A stretch of DNA of 64,000 nucleotides from Dehalococcoidia bacterium (GTDB taxonomy: Bacteria > Chloroflexota > Dehalococcoidia > Plut-88900): contig CBDFLQ010000006.1 in the NCBI GenBank assembly GCA_965249275.1, positions 320,001-384,000 on the forward strand, given 5' to 3'. A program made the position numbers and the translations under genes. Below, in pieces: positions 49,505 to 58,657 of the stretch (position 1 is the stretch's first letter; each line of letters starts with the position of its first letter). The notes beneath the pieces are model-generated. The model saw only the letters and a list, made by a program, of their open reading frames with translations. It had not been told where the DNA came from and did no database searches.

Positions 49505-50740
49505 CTACCGTTCGGCCCGAGCCATACGCAACCGGACCACAGGTTTGTCATTGATTGGGAAGTGCACTATGGCGGCGAACACCCCGAAGCCGACTCCCGC
49601 CCACCACATAGCGTCATAAGAGCCTGTGCGGTCGTAGAGCAACCCACCCATCCACACTCCAATAAAACTCCCGACCTGATGGCTCAGGAAAACAAGGCCA
49701 AACAGGGTGGCCATGAACTTGAGCCCGAATATCTGCGCCACTATCCCCGTGGTCAAAGGCACGGTTGACAGCCAAAGTAGTCCCATTGATGCCGCAAATA
49801 GATAGATTGTCAGCCCGTTGGCCGGGGCCATCAGAAGTCCCAGGATGATCAGCGCCCGGGTGAAATAGATGAAGGACAGCCCCATCTTCTTGGAGTATCG
49901 TTGCCCGAACGCTCCTGACGCCAGAGAACCAATAATGTTGAACAGCCCTATTAGTGAAAGCGCATATGCGCCTGTCTGAGCCGAGAGACCGAGATCGGTG
50001 ACGTACGTGGGGAAATGCACGGTGATAAACGCAACGTGGAATCCGCATACGAAGAAACCCGCCGTAAGGAGCAAGTAGCTCCGATGATTTACCGCCTCGC
50101 CCAAGGCATTGGTCAGGCCCTGGTCCGATGCTGGTTCTCCTCGTGATTCCGAGCTGCCTCGAAGGCTGAACGCCAGCGGTATCAAGACCAATGAGACCAC
50201 AGACATCACCAGTAGGGAGTCGTACCAGCCGTAGCGGGATATCAAGGCCTGATTGATCGGAGAAAAGATAACTTGGCCTAGAGATCCTGCAGCGGTTCCA
50301 AGCCCCAACGCCAGGGATCGCCGGCCCGGCCCGATAAGGCGGGCAATGGCCGCCAGCACCAGGGAGAACGAGCAGAACGCTACTCCCAAACCAACGAGAA
50401 TCCCTCCGGTCAGGTGTAGCGCGAGCCCACTGTCCGACATCGCCATTCCAGCAATGCCAACAGAGTAAACCGCCGCCCCAAGGGCGACTACCTTGGCTGT
50501 CCCGAATCTGTCCGCAATCGCCCCGGCCACCGGTACGCCAATGCCCCACAACAAATTCTGGATCGCCATCGCCAACGAAAAGGTCTCCCGAGACCATCCG
50601 TTGGCAACCGTCATCGGCTCCAGATATAGGCCGAAGCTGGCCCGGATTCCGAACCCGATAAGAGAGATCAGGCATGCCGCCGCGATTACCGCAACTACGG
50701 CAAAGCGTCCGGGATTAGTGCTGATGTAGGCGTAGCTCAA
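49505..50740 (-). CDS. MFS transporter
   Basis: AIQNLLWG, GAIADRFG, FFVCGFHV, WLSTVP, FLSHQVGSF. Confidence 0.92.
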   Translation of the reverse strand: MSYAYISTNPGRFAVVAVIAAACLISLIGFGIRASFGLYLEPMTVANGWSRETFSLAMAIQNLLWGIGVPVAGAIADRFGTAKVVALGAAVYSVGIAGMAMSDSGLALHLTGGILVGLGVAFCSFSLVLAAIARLIGPGRRSLALGLGTAAGSLGQVIFSPINQALISRYGWYDSLLVMSVVSLVLIPLAFSLRGSSESRGEPASDQGLTNALGEAVNHRSYLLLTAGFFVCGFHVAFITVHFPTYVTDLGLSAQTGAYALSLIGLFNIIGSLASGAFGQRYSKKMGLSFIYFTRALIILGLLMAPANGLTIYLFAASMGLLWLSTVPLTTGIVAQIFGLKFMATLFGLVFLSHQVGSFIGVWMGGLLYDRTGSYDAMWWAGVGFGVFAAIVHFPINDKPVVRLRMARAER

Positions 50741-50895
50741 GAAAGTTAGTTCTGTAGCAACTCAACGTCGTAGTGGGCGCGAAAACCGATAGTTTTCTGT
50801 CGGAATTTCGCCCGGCATCTAACTATACACGAGTGGAATAGGATGGCTTCCAGTTCACCGCCCACTAATAGCCGACCATAGATGTATATGTAGTA

Positions 50896-51834
50896 CTACG
50901 AACCTTCGATTTCGCCGTGCGATTGTAGGGCGCGATGGGTGGCGATTCGTTGGGCAAGGTCGGGGAACGAGAGGTCAATCTCGTAGCGGTAGTCATCCCA
51001 GTAGCCGTCACGGCTGGGGTCGAAATGCCGAGGTGGCGTGGCGCTGGCAAGAGCAGCCTGTTTCATGCTCCGCTCGATCGTTCCTCGCCGGGAGACCGCC
51101 TCCTCAGGCGGGACAGGTGGGAGCACGGTCAGGCTCATGGACTGGTTGGTGCGAAGTGTGGGTGTAAATGGGTGCTCCCAGACACGGTGCCCGCCCGTGA
51201 CGACTACCGGCAGGATCGGGCGTCCGAGGCGCTCCGCGAGATTGAAGGCCCCAGGCTGAAATGCAACTTCGATCCCGAGGATAGAACCCTGAGGGAATAG
51301 GAGAACGCTTTCTCCGGACTTGATCGCAGTGCGGGCGTCGCGAAGGAGCGAGCGTGTTGTCGAGACCGGTCGCTCGGGCCGGATCAAAAGGTGCCGCCCA
51401 CGCTCGAGATGGCCGCCGAGAACCGGGAACGCGGCAAGCTCGTCTCGGGCGACAACTGTGAACGAGAGTGGTAGATGTAGGAGGGCGAGGCCGTCCGCGA
51501 AGCCCTCGTGAAGTGCTACAACCACGTACTGTTCGTCCGGGTCGATGTGTTCGAGGCCGTTGATGCGAATGCTCAGACCGAGGAGGCGGGCGGCAAGCCG
51601 AGCCCACCAGCGCTCCGCGGCCCGGCAGGCAGCCCGGCCGCGTATGGGCAACAGGTTTGGCAGCACCGTAGCGATTCGAAGTATGAGCCTTGCAGGACCG
51701 AGCAGTATGAGGACGGCTGCCCACGCCCTAAACCATTCCCGAGTGGAGCCGACAGCGAGATAGCCGCCGAGAAGGATGCGTGAAGCGCCGTCCGAGGCGA
51801 CGGCGGCGACGGAAGCAGTATCGTCAGGCGTCAT
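50896..51834 (-). CDS. PlsC-like lysophospholipid acyltransferase
   Basis: HEGFAD (HX4D), FPQG, PILPVVVTG; start placed at ATG 51834, overlapping the upstream stop. Confidence 0.8.
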   Translation of the reverse strand: MTPDDTASVAAVASDGASRILLGGYLAVGSTREWFRAWAAVLILLGPARLILRIATVLPNLLPIRGRAACRAAERWWARLAARLLGLSIRINGLEHIDPDEQYVVVALHEGFADGLALLHLPLSFTVVARDELAAFPVLGGHLERGRHLLIRPERPVSTTRSLLRDARTAIKSGESVLLFPQGSILGIEVAFQPGAFNLAERLGRPILPVVVTGGHRVWEHPFTPTLRTNQSMSLTVLPPVPPEEAVSRRGTIERSMKQAALASATPPRHFDPSRDGYWDDYRYEIDLSFPDLAQRIATHRALQSHGEIEGS

Positions 51835-52162
51835 CGGCCGTGGCGGAGCGGGCGTCGCGCACCAGCGCTCCGCGTAGTCCATCTTCATCAGGGACGACAC
51901 CCTGGGTGCTGACCTTCCCGTTGATCGTAACCACAGGCGGGTGCCATCCGCCACGACGCAGGGCGTCAAAAATGTGGTTGAACCACGGCTTGATCCGAAC
52001 TTCTACATGGGGGAGGTCCGAGGCAACGCGCTGGACCAAGCGAACGGTTAAGTCGCACTCCTCGCAGACGGCGTGAGGCACGTTGAAGAACAGTTGCCGG
52101 CCGGTCATTGGATAGACGGTCACGACGGTCGGGGCCTGGGTATCTCTTGATGAGTCAGTCAT
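51824..52162 (-). CDS. Small thioredoxin/glutaredoxin-fold protein
   Basis: CEEC CxxC motif and WHPPVVTINGK cis-Pro region. Confidence 0.7.
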   Translation of the reverse strand: MTDSSRDTQAPTVVTVYPMTGRQLFFNVPHAVCEECDLTVRLVQRVASDLPHVEVRIKPWFNHIFDALRRGGWHPPVVTINGKVSTQGVVPDEDGLRGALVRDARSATADDA

Positions 52163-52177
52163 GAAGCCGTGGGCACT

Positions 52178-53326
52178 CTACGAACCGAGCCCGTACAGAT
52201 TCACGGCGTTTTCACCTATGATCTGTCTCTGCTCCTCCTCGGAAAGATCGCCGATTCTTTCTGTCAATTCCCCCAACGGGTCTGTGTGGCCTTCTCCGTG
52301 CGGGTAATCAGAACCCCAGACCAACCTGTCGGCGCCCAGCATCTGTGCAGTGAAGGCGAACGCCTTTTCGTCCGGCTCGCCCGATATCCAGCACTGCCGC
52401 TTGAAATAATCGCTGGGCAGAAGACTGACCCCGGGTTCGCGTGACATCGCCGAGTCCATGGCATCCAGCCATGCGGGCATCCAGCCGCAATGGGCCTCCA
52501 CTACGCCCAACTTCAGCTTCGGAAAACGGTCGAACACGCCTCCCTGGAAGAATGTGGTGAAAGCCAATTGGCAGTCCAGCTTTTGCATCAGCCCGTACCA
52601 AAACCCGTTACTGGTGAATGTGGCCTTGTACAAATCGTGGCCCACGTATCTGGGGGTGCTGCTGACGTGAATGCCAATGGGCAGGTCTATCTCCTGCACT
52701 TCGGCCCAGAACGGATCGTAGTATTTCTCTCCATATGGGATGCCATTCACCGGCGGGTTAGGAAACATGTACACACCCTTAGCCCCAAGCTTGGCAGTCC
52801 GTTTCACCTCCTCGACTCCGTTTTTCACTTCCATGAGCGAGATCATGGCTATGGGGATAAGTCGGTCCGGATAGGGCCGGCAAAAGTCGATTATCCAGTC
52901 GTTGTACACCCGACAATACGCGGCCGCTAGATCGGCGTCCCCGCATTCCGTCTGCCAGTTGAGCCCCAGCGAGGGATACAGGAAGGCGAGATCGATGCCG
53001 TGCTCGGTCATCCACTCTATTCGAGCGTGAGGGTCCCTGGACCCGGGAGTCCTGCAGTCCTCCCAGTTGAGGAGTTCCGGCCTGTCCTCCTTACGTCTCC
53101 AGGCCGCACCCTCGTCCAAGGTTCCCAAGAACCCCAGGGCGCCATCTAGGACCTCGGATCTGCTGCCGTCTATCTCCAGGTAGTCGAGCCCATCCTCCCC
53201 CCTTGTCACCTGCATAGCCCTATCCCGATATCGAGGTTCCAGGTTCTCCTTCCACAGATCTCCGGGCTCCATGATGTGCCCGTCGGCATCCGCTGCCACC
53301 CCGTTATGTCTACCATTGGCACCCAT
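52178..53326 (-). CDS. Amidohydrolase-2 family protein
   Basis: DADGH, LYPSLG, IGIH, VEAHCGW, WGSDYPH; start placed at ATG 53326 after GGGAG. Confidence 0.9.
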   Translation of the reverse strand: MGANGRHNGVAADADGHIMEPGDLWKENLEPRYRDRAMQVTRGEDGLDYLEIDGSRSEVLDGALGFLGTLDEGAAWRRKEDRPELLNWEDCRTPGSRDPHARIEWMTEHGIDLAFLYPSLGLNWQTECGDADLAAAYCRVYNDWIIDFCRPYPDRLIPIAMISLMEVKNGVEEVKRTAKLGAKGVYMFPNPPVNGIPYGEKYYDPFWAEVQEIDLPIGIHVSSTPRYVGHDLYKATFTSNGFWYGLMQKLDCQLAFTTFFQGGVFDRFPKLKLGVVEAHCGWMPAWLDAMDSAMSREPGVSLLPSDYFKRQCWISGEPDEKAFAFTAQMLGADRLVWGSDYPHGEGHTDPLGELTERIGDLSEEEQRQIIGENAVNLYGLGS

Positions 53327-53585
53327 ATTTCTGATCTCCCTTCTAACACCCCTCGAACTCGGCAAGTGGCCCTCGGTCATTTAGGTTTTCTCAATCTCCT
53401 TGCATCCTAGGCGTAAGCAATAATAACGAGCTTGTCTTAGGAACGCCAATTCATTTCCTCTGACCTTACCGGCTAAAGTCTGGTGCAATTAAGTCGTTTG
53501 CAGAGTCAGAAGGGATCGCCAATCCGAAGCCTCCTTCCCGCGGGAGCACCGGTGTTAGAATCGACGGTCTAGGAGGCTCATAATT

Positions 53586-54008
53586 ATGCAAACGCTTTCA
53601 GTCGAAGAGGCGATTCAAAAGCCGGCTCCTCAAGTGTGGGAGACCCTCACCGATTGGACGAACGCCCACAGGTGGATGCCCGGAATCGAAGGGATGACCG
53701 CCGAGGGAGAAACCGCAACAGGCACGAAACTGAACTTCCGAGCCCGTGGCGCGGATCGCTCAAGCACCATCATCCACTGTGACGTCGGTCGATCAATAGT
53801 CCTGCGTTCGATCCAGGGCGGTGTGACTGCGGATTACACATACGAAGTGCACGAGATAGACGAGCGGTCCTCCCGAGTCACCCTGGTCGCCAATTGTCAG
53901 ATCACGGGGCTATGGTGGAAACTGGCGTCACCCCTGCTTCGTCTGGCAATCCGATTCTCCGACGGTAAGCAGTTAAGACTGTTAAAGGCCATGGTTGAGG
54001 AAAACTAA
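53586..54008 (+). CDS. SRPBCC (START/polyketide cyclase-like) protein
   Basis: PAPQVWETLTDW..WMPG pattern; AGGAGG RBS. Confidence 0.75.
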   Translation: MQTLSVEEAIQKPAPQVWETLTDWTNAHRWMPGIEGMTAEGETATGTKLNFRARGADRSSTIIHCDVGRSIVLRSIQGGVTADYTYEVHEIDERSSRVTLVANCQITGLWWKLASPLLRLAIRFSDGKQLRLLKAMVEEN

Positions 54009-54111
54009 TGCAGGTTCTTCTCGCTGAGGTTAAACTCGGCACCCGGGCCGATGCCGCCAATGGACATGCCATAGGTTCATTCTAAGTCCGCGGCGGCTAT
54101 GCAAGAGTTCC

Positions 54112-55902
54112 CTACATGGGATGCACTCCTTTGCTATCCTTCCAGTTCTTGGCCTGTTGCAGCATCTCTAGGGCGTTGGTGCGGGCTGCGCCGCTATCGG
54201 AGCCCAGCATCTGACTGAGTTCCGACACCCTGGCATCGTCCTCCAGCACCTCCACAGATGTCACGGTCCTATCATGTGAGGCAAGTTTTGTAACCTTAGC
54301 GTGGTGGTCTGCGTAGCACGCTATTTGCGGGAGGTGAGTTACGCAAAGCACCTGGTGGCTCTTGGACAGACCCCATAGTTTCTGGCCCAGTACGCTCCCG
54401 ACTCGACCTCCTATCCCCGCATCGATTTCGTCGAACACGAGTATTGGTATTTGGTCAGCCGTGGAAAGGATGGTCTTTATGGCAAGCATAAGCCTGGACG
54501 CTTCTCCCCCCGAGGCAACCTTGGTTAGAGGCCGGGGCGGCTCGCCCGGGTTCAGTGAGATCAAGAATTCCACGGAGTCTATACCTGTCCCGTTGTACGC
54601 TAGGTGCCTGATCGACTCCCCACCTAAAGAATGTGTTGCGTCATGGCCCAAGTCCGCGTTCCCAACCGGCACACCGTCTTCCGAATCTGATTGACGGATA
54701 TCCACCAACACTTGGGCATGTCCCAATGCCAGCCCGGAGACCTCTTCCTGTATGGCATCAGCCAGGCGCTTGGCTGCTTGTTGCCTAGCCTCGGAGAGCT
54801 GACCCGCAAGCCTGCCAACCTCTCTTCGAAGGTCAGCCTCTCGGGACTTCAATCCTTCCACCCGCTCTTCGCTGTGATCTAGCTTTTCCAGCTCCTCCGA
54901 TGCCCGTTCGCCGAAGGCCAGGATTTCTTCGATCGTACCGCCGTACTTCCTCTTGAGGCTGTTGATTAAGTCCAACCGCTCCTCAAGTTCCTGAAGGCGG
55001 GCCGGACTGTATTCGATGCCGTCACGATAGCTCCGGAGTGCACGCGCCAACTCGTCCACCTGGTGCGTCAAGGCGTCTACCGACTCAACAGTCTGGCTCA
55101 ATGAGGGGTCCAGCCGCTCCAGTTGGGAGAGGTCCTTGGAAACCTGCCCCATAAGGTCCATGACCGATTCGTGCCGGTCGAAACTATCGTATAGCGCTCG
55201 ATAGGCGTGGTCGGACAGTGTGATAATTTGCTCTGCGTTGGCAACCCGGTCCCTCTCCAGGGTCAGGTCATCATCTTCAGCTGGGCGTAGACTCGCGGTG
55301 CCGATCTCTGCTACCTGGTACCTCAGAAAATCCGCCCTTTGAGCAAGCTCCTTTTCATCCTTCCGAAGCTGGTCTAGCTCCTGGCGCACCTCCGTTAGTT
55401 GCCGGACCACCTCTGCAACCTCGCTGCGAAGCTGCCATAGCCCTCCATACTTGTCCAGAATATCCATGTGCTCACGTACGCGAAGAAGGGATAAATGCTG
55501 ATTTTGGCCGTGGATATCCACCAGGTGTTGGGCCAATGTGCTTAACAGCCTGAGAGGTACGATTCGCCCGTTCACGCGGCAGGTGTTGCGCCCATCCACG
55601 TTGACCTCCCGAGCAAGAATCACCTCCTCCTCGCCGACGTCAATTGCGTATTCAGCCAGAGCAGCATCGATTTTCTGAGAGATGTCGCCGCCAAGCAGGA
55701 AGATGCCCTCTACCCTGGACCGGCGAGCCCCGGAACGTACCATGCCAACGTCGGCGCGCCCTCCGAGCAGGAGGCTCAGCGCATCCACGATGATCGACTT
55801 GCCTGCTCCCGTCTCCCCGGTCAGCACACCAAAACCGGGCGCCAACTCTATTTCGAGCTGCTCTATGGTGGCGAAGTTGGTGACACTAAGGAGTCTGAGC
55901 AT
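54112..55902 (-). CDS. recN: DNA repair protein RecN
   Basis: LTGETGAGKS, DIHGQ, ASGGEASR, FDEIDAGIGG, THLPQIA. Confidence 0.96.
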   Translation of the reverse strand: MLRLLSVTNFATIEQLEIELAPGFGVLTGETGAGKSIIVDALSLLLGGRADVGMVRSGARRSRVEGIFLLGGDISQKIDAALAEYAIDVGEEEVILAREVNVDGRNTCRVNGRIVPLRLLSTLAQHLVDIHGQNQHLSLLRVREHMDILDKYGGLWQLRSEVAEVVRQLTEVRQELDQLRKDEKELAQRADFLRYQVAEIGTASLRPAEDDDLTLERDRVANAEQIITLSDHAYRALYDSFDRHESVMDLMGQVSKDLSQLERLDPSLSQTVESVDALTHQVDELARALRSYRDGIEYSPARLQELEERLDLINSLKRKYGGTIEEILAFGERASEELEKLDHSEERVEGLKSREADLRREVGRLAGQLSEARQQAAKRLADAIQEEVSGLALGHAQVLVDIRQSDSEDGVPVGNADLGHDATHSLGGESIRHLAYNGTGIDSVEFLISLNPGEPPRPLTKVASGGEASRLMLAIKTILSTADQIPILVFDEIDAGIGGRVGSVLGQKLWGLSKSHQVLCVTHLPQIACYADHHAKVTKLASHDRTVTSVEVLEDDARVSELSQMLGSDSGAARTNALEMLQQAKNWKDSKGVHPM

Positions 55903-56113
55903 GGCTATGTCCGAAACTCCACCCTTCCGAGCAATGCCCTTCGGCTTACCAGGGTGGAATCGAACCGGAGACTGGCCAACCGGCGGCTATGTCAATTGGC
56001 TTAACCGTTGGAATAACCTTCGTCCCTTGCTGAGTTGGTGCAAGCATGAAAGAGGCTGACCTCATATTCCAAAAATACATTCAAGACGAAAGTTCTTGAT
56101 CTTGATCAAATCA

Positions 56114-56188
56114 TGGTGAGCCGTGTGGGATTCGAACCCACGACACCCGGATTAAAAGTCCGGTGCTCTTCCGCTGAGCTAACGGCTC
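56114..56188 (-). tRNA. tRNA-Lys (anticodon TTT)
   Basis: 75-nt cloverleaf: GAGCCGT/ACGGCTC acceptor, CCGGA-CTTTTAA-TCCGG anticodon arm, GTGGG-TTCGAAT-CCCAC T arm, encoded CCA. Confidence 0.97.
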
Positions 56189-56197
56189 CCGAGCCCA

Positions 56198-56226
56198 ATA
56201 TTGGCACCCGCCCATCCCAGTGTCAA
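56198..56226 (-). promoter_or_regulatory. Probable tRNA-Lys promoter
   Basis: TTGACA-N17-CAATAT about 10 nt upstream of the tRNA. Confidence 0.55.
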
Positions 56227-56248
56227 TTTACCCTTGCACCTTCTCCCC

Positions 56249-56278
56249 CGTCATCCCCGTGTTCGACACAGGAATCCA
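56249..56278 (+). repeat. CGTC-tagged REP-like palindrome
   Basis: CGTCATCCCCGTG-TTCGA-CACAGGAATCCA. Confidence 0.6.
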
Positions 56279-56303
56279 GTGTTTAGGCGCGATGCAGGAA
56301 CCC

Positions 56304-56888
56304 CTACCCACCCCCCGGACGCGCGATAGGTGTCCCTTTCTGGCACTCCGGGCATTCCTCTGGTTGATATACCGGGACCTCTAACTTATGACAACTGTAA
56401 AGCGATGCCCCCACCTCCACCCCTCCCCCCGAGCGATCAATCAGCACACCCACCCCGACAACCTCCCCTCCACTATTTCTGACGGCATTGACCACATCCA
56501 CCACCGACCCCCCGGTAGTGAGTATATCGTCCACTATAAGCGCCTTCTCCCCAACACCCACACTCAGCCCCCGACGAAATCCCCTGCCTTCTCCCACCCT
56601 CTCCGCATATACGGCCCTCACTCCCATCAGTCTAGCCACCTCATACGCCAGGATCACCCCACCCAACGCCGGCCCCGCCACTACCTCCACCCCCGACCCC
56701 TTGAAATGCTCGGCCACCATCCGGCACAAGCGGCCGGTGTACTCCGGGTATTGCAGCAGCCGGAACTTCTCCAGGTATTTAGGCGAATGTAGGCCCGAGG
56801 TCAGCAGGAAGTGCCCATCCAGCACCACCTTGGCCCTCGCCAACACATCGGATACGCTGTCCCTGTCCACTGGATTGTCTTTGCTCAT
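56304..56888 (-). CDS. pyrE: Orotate phosphoribosyltransferase
   Basis: GHFLLTSGLHS, AGPALGG, IVDDILTTGGS; start at 56888 overlaps the lepB stop (ATGA). Confidence 0.93.
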   Translation of the reverse strand: MSKDNPVDRDSVSDVLARAKVVLDGHFLLTSGLHSPKYLEKFRLLQYPEYTGRLCRMVAEHFKGSGVEVVAGPALGGVILAYEVARLMGVRAVYAERVGEGRGFRRGLSVGVGEKALIVDDILTTGGSVVDVVNAVRNSGGEVVGVGVLIDRSGGGVEVGASLYSCHKLEVPVYQPEECPECQKGTPIARPGGG

Positions 56889-57487
56889 TCCTCTGACTCC
56901 GGTTCGATTTGAAAGCTGTCCACGGTCCCAAAATCTCCTGGGGGCCAGTATGCCAGCCACGCCTTCCCAATAATCTGGCTCTTATATATGGGCCCAAAGC
57001 TGTTCGAATCGTTGCTCCGGGGTCGGTTGTCTCCCAGTACAAAGTAGTGGCCCTCAGGAATCGTGCTCTCGTCACGGTCCCTGGTATTCCCCAGCACGTA
57101 CGGCTCGACAATAGAGTGTCCGTTAATCTTGACAATCCCGTCCTCTATCTCCAGCGAGTCCCCCGGCAGCGCCACTATCCGTTTCACCAGTCTCTTCTCC
57201 ATTTCTTGTGGAGATCTGATAACCACCACGTCTCCCCTCTCTGGCTCTCCGAACAAGTGAAACTCCGACCCCTCGTCAACTTCGTAGAATGGGATAAACT
57301 TGGAGAGCCCTTCTACGTCCAGGGACATGTACGCAGCCTTGTTAACTATCACGTGCTGTCCGGAATGCAGGTTTGGCTCCATACTCTGCCCCAGCACTTG
57401 GTAGTTCTGTAACACGGCCTGCACCACGAAGAAGAATACGGCAGCCAGCGCCAGTGCCTTAACAACATCGAGCAGCGATCTTTTCAT
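56885..57487 (-). CDS. lepB: Signal peptidase I
   Basis: GQSMEPNL, LVKRIVALPGD, LGDNRPRSNDS. Confidence 0.93.
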   Translation of the reverse strand: MKRSLLDVVKALALAAVFFFVVQAVLQNYQVLGQSMEPNLHSGQHVIVNKAAYMSLDVEGLSKFIPFYEVDEGSEFHLFGEPERGDVVVIRSPQEMEKRLVKRIVALPGDSLEIEDGIVKINGHSIVEPYVLGNTRDRDESTIPEGHYFVLGDNRPRSNDSNSFGPIYKSQIIGKAWLAYWPPGDFGTVDSFQIEPESEE

Positions 57488-57671
57488 CTTATTGGAAAGC
57501 TTGGACCGGAAGTGTGATACCTAGAGTCCAATTATATCCGAGCCACCTGACCCCTGCCCCCGACCCCGACCCTGCGGAACAAATCTGATGGCTAATTCGT
57601 CTTAGCAATGAATACGGGAAGCTAAATTGCCCGCCTGGGGCAAACCAAATTCCAACGCCCGTGGAGGAACA

Positions 57672-58433
57672 ATGAGAAATCTGAAAAATGTCCTAGTCCT
57701 GGTCGCCGTGCTGACCATCGCCCTTGTCGCTGCTATCGCATGTGGTGCGACAACGGAAGATTCCCCAACCCCTACCCCCGAGTCCAGTTCCGCTAACACT
57801 CCCCAGGGCGGAATCTCCGTATCCGGGACTGCGTCTATCTCCCTTGCCCCGGACACAGCCACCATCGTGCTTGGCGTCGAGGCCCTGCATGAAACCGTAG
57901 CCCAAGCCCGTGCCGACGCCGCAGCCGCCATGACCAATATCGTAGATGTCCTTACCGCTGCCGGTGTGGTAGATGAGGACATACAGACTCAACACCTTTC
58001 CATTCAGCCACAATACGACTACAGCAGCGAGACCCGGGAACTGATAGGTTTCACCGTAGTCAACATCGTCAACGTCACCATCCGGGACATCGACTCCGTC
58101 GGTGCCGTCATCGACCAAACAGTAGAGGCCGGCGGCGACCTCACCCGCGTCCAGTCTATCTACTTCTCCGTCGACGACACCTCCTCTTACGAAGATCAGC
58201 TCATCGAGGAGGCTGTACAGGACGCCACCACCAAGGCCCAACGCCTCGCCGATCTCACCGGCGTTACCCTCGGCAAACCTCTCTCCATCAACTACGGAGG
58301 CGGCATCCCTTACCCCGTCTTCAATCGCTCATTTGGCATCGCAATGGCCGAATCCGCCGCCTTCGACACCCCCATCAGCGCCGGAGAAGTCGAAACATCA
58401 GTCACCGTAAGCATCATCTTCGCCATCAATTAA
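57672..58433 (+). CDS. SIMPL/DUF541-domain lipoprotein
   Basis: GGAGG RBS before ATG 57672; lipobox AIAC, ISVSGTA..APD, DIQT, KAQRLA. Confidence 0.85.
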   Translation: MRNLKNVLVLVAVLTIALVAAIACGATTEDSPTPTPESSSANTPQGGISVSGTASISLAPDTATIVLGVEALHETVAQARADAAAAMTNIVDVLTAAGVVDEDIQTQHLSIQPQYDYSSETRELIGFTVVNIVNVTIRDIDSVGAVIDQTVEAGGDLTRVQSIYFSVDDTSSYEDQLIEEAVQDATTKAQRLADLTGVTLGKPLSINYGGGIPYPVFNRSFGIAMAESAAFDTPISAGEVETSVTVSIIFAIN

Positions 58434-58453
58434 CCCCCCACCACCCACCTGTT

Positions 58454-58494
58454 AAAAAAAACGGGGCGATTGCTAAGCAATCGCCCCGTTTCCT
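58454..58494. terminator. Intrinsic terminator after the SIMPL gene
   Basis: AAACGGGGCGATTGC-TAA-GCAATCGCCCCGTTT with an upstream A-tract. Confidence 0.8.
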
Positions 58495-58612
58495 TATCCA
58501 AGTCCCTTTAAGAGTCAAATCTCCCTTCTCAGACGATACCTTTTCACATTCGTCATCCCCACCCCTGACCCGGCTCACGAAGTAAGGCCTTTCCATTCCT
58601 AGGGGGCGAGGT

Positions 58613-58657
58613 ATTCCGCTCGCCCTGAGCCGAGTCGAAGGGTCTCAAGAGCGGAAT
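58613..58657 (+). repeat. Third copy of the 45-bp element (covariant)
   Basis: ATTCCGCTC...GAGCGGAAT versus ATTCCGTTC...GAACGGAAT in the other two copies. Confidence 0.8.

Noticed and set aside
50745-50823. Integron attC site (GTTAG...CTAAC)
   Set aside because: The boxes are in the reverse order to RYYYAAC...GTTRRRY, and there is no integrase or cassette array.
55950-55975. tRNA fragment (GGTTCGATTCC on the minus strand)
   Set aside because: Only a 2-bp T stem and no other tRNA arms.
56081-56099. LexA (GAAC-N4-GTTC) box for recN
   Set aside because: AGAAC-TTTC-GTCTT has two mismatches, lies about 180 bp upstream and is equally explained as a hairpin after the tRNA.
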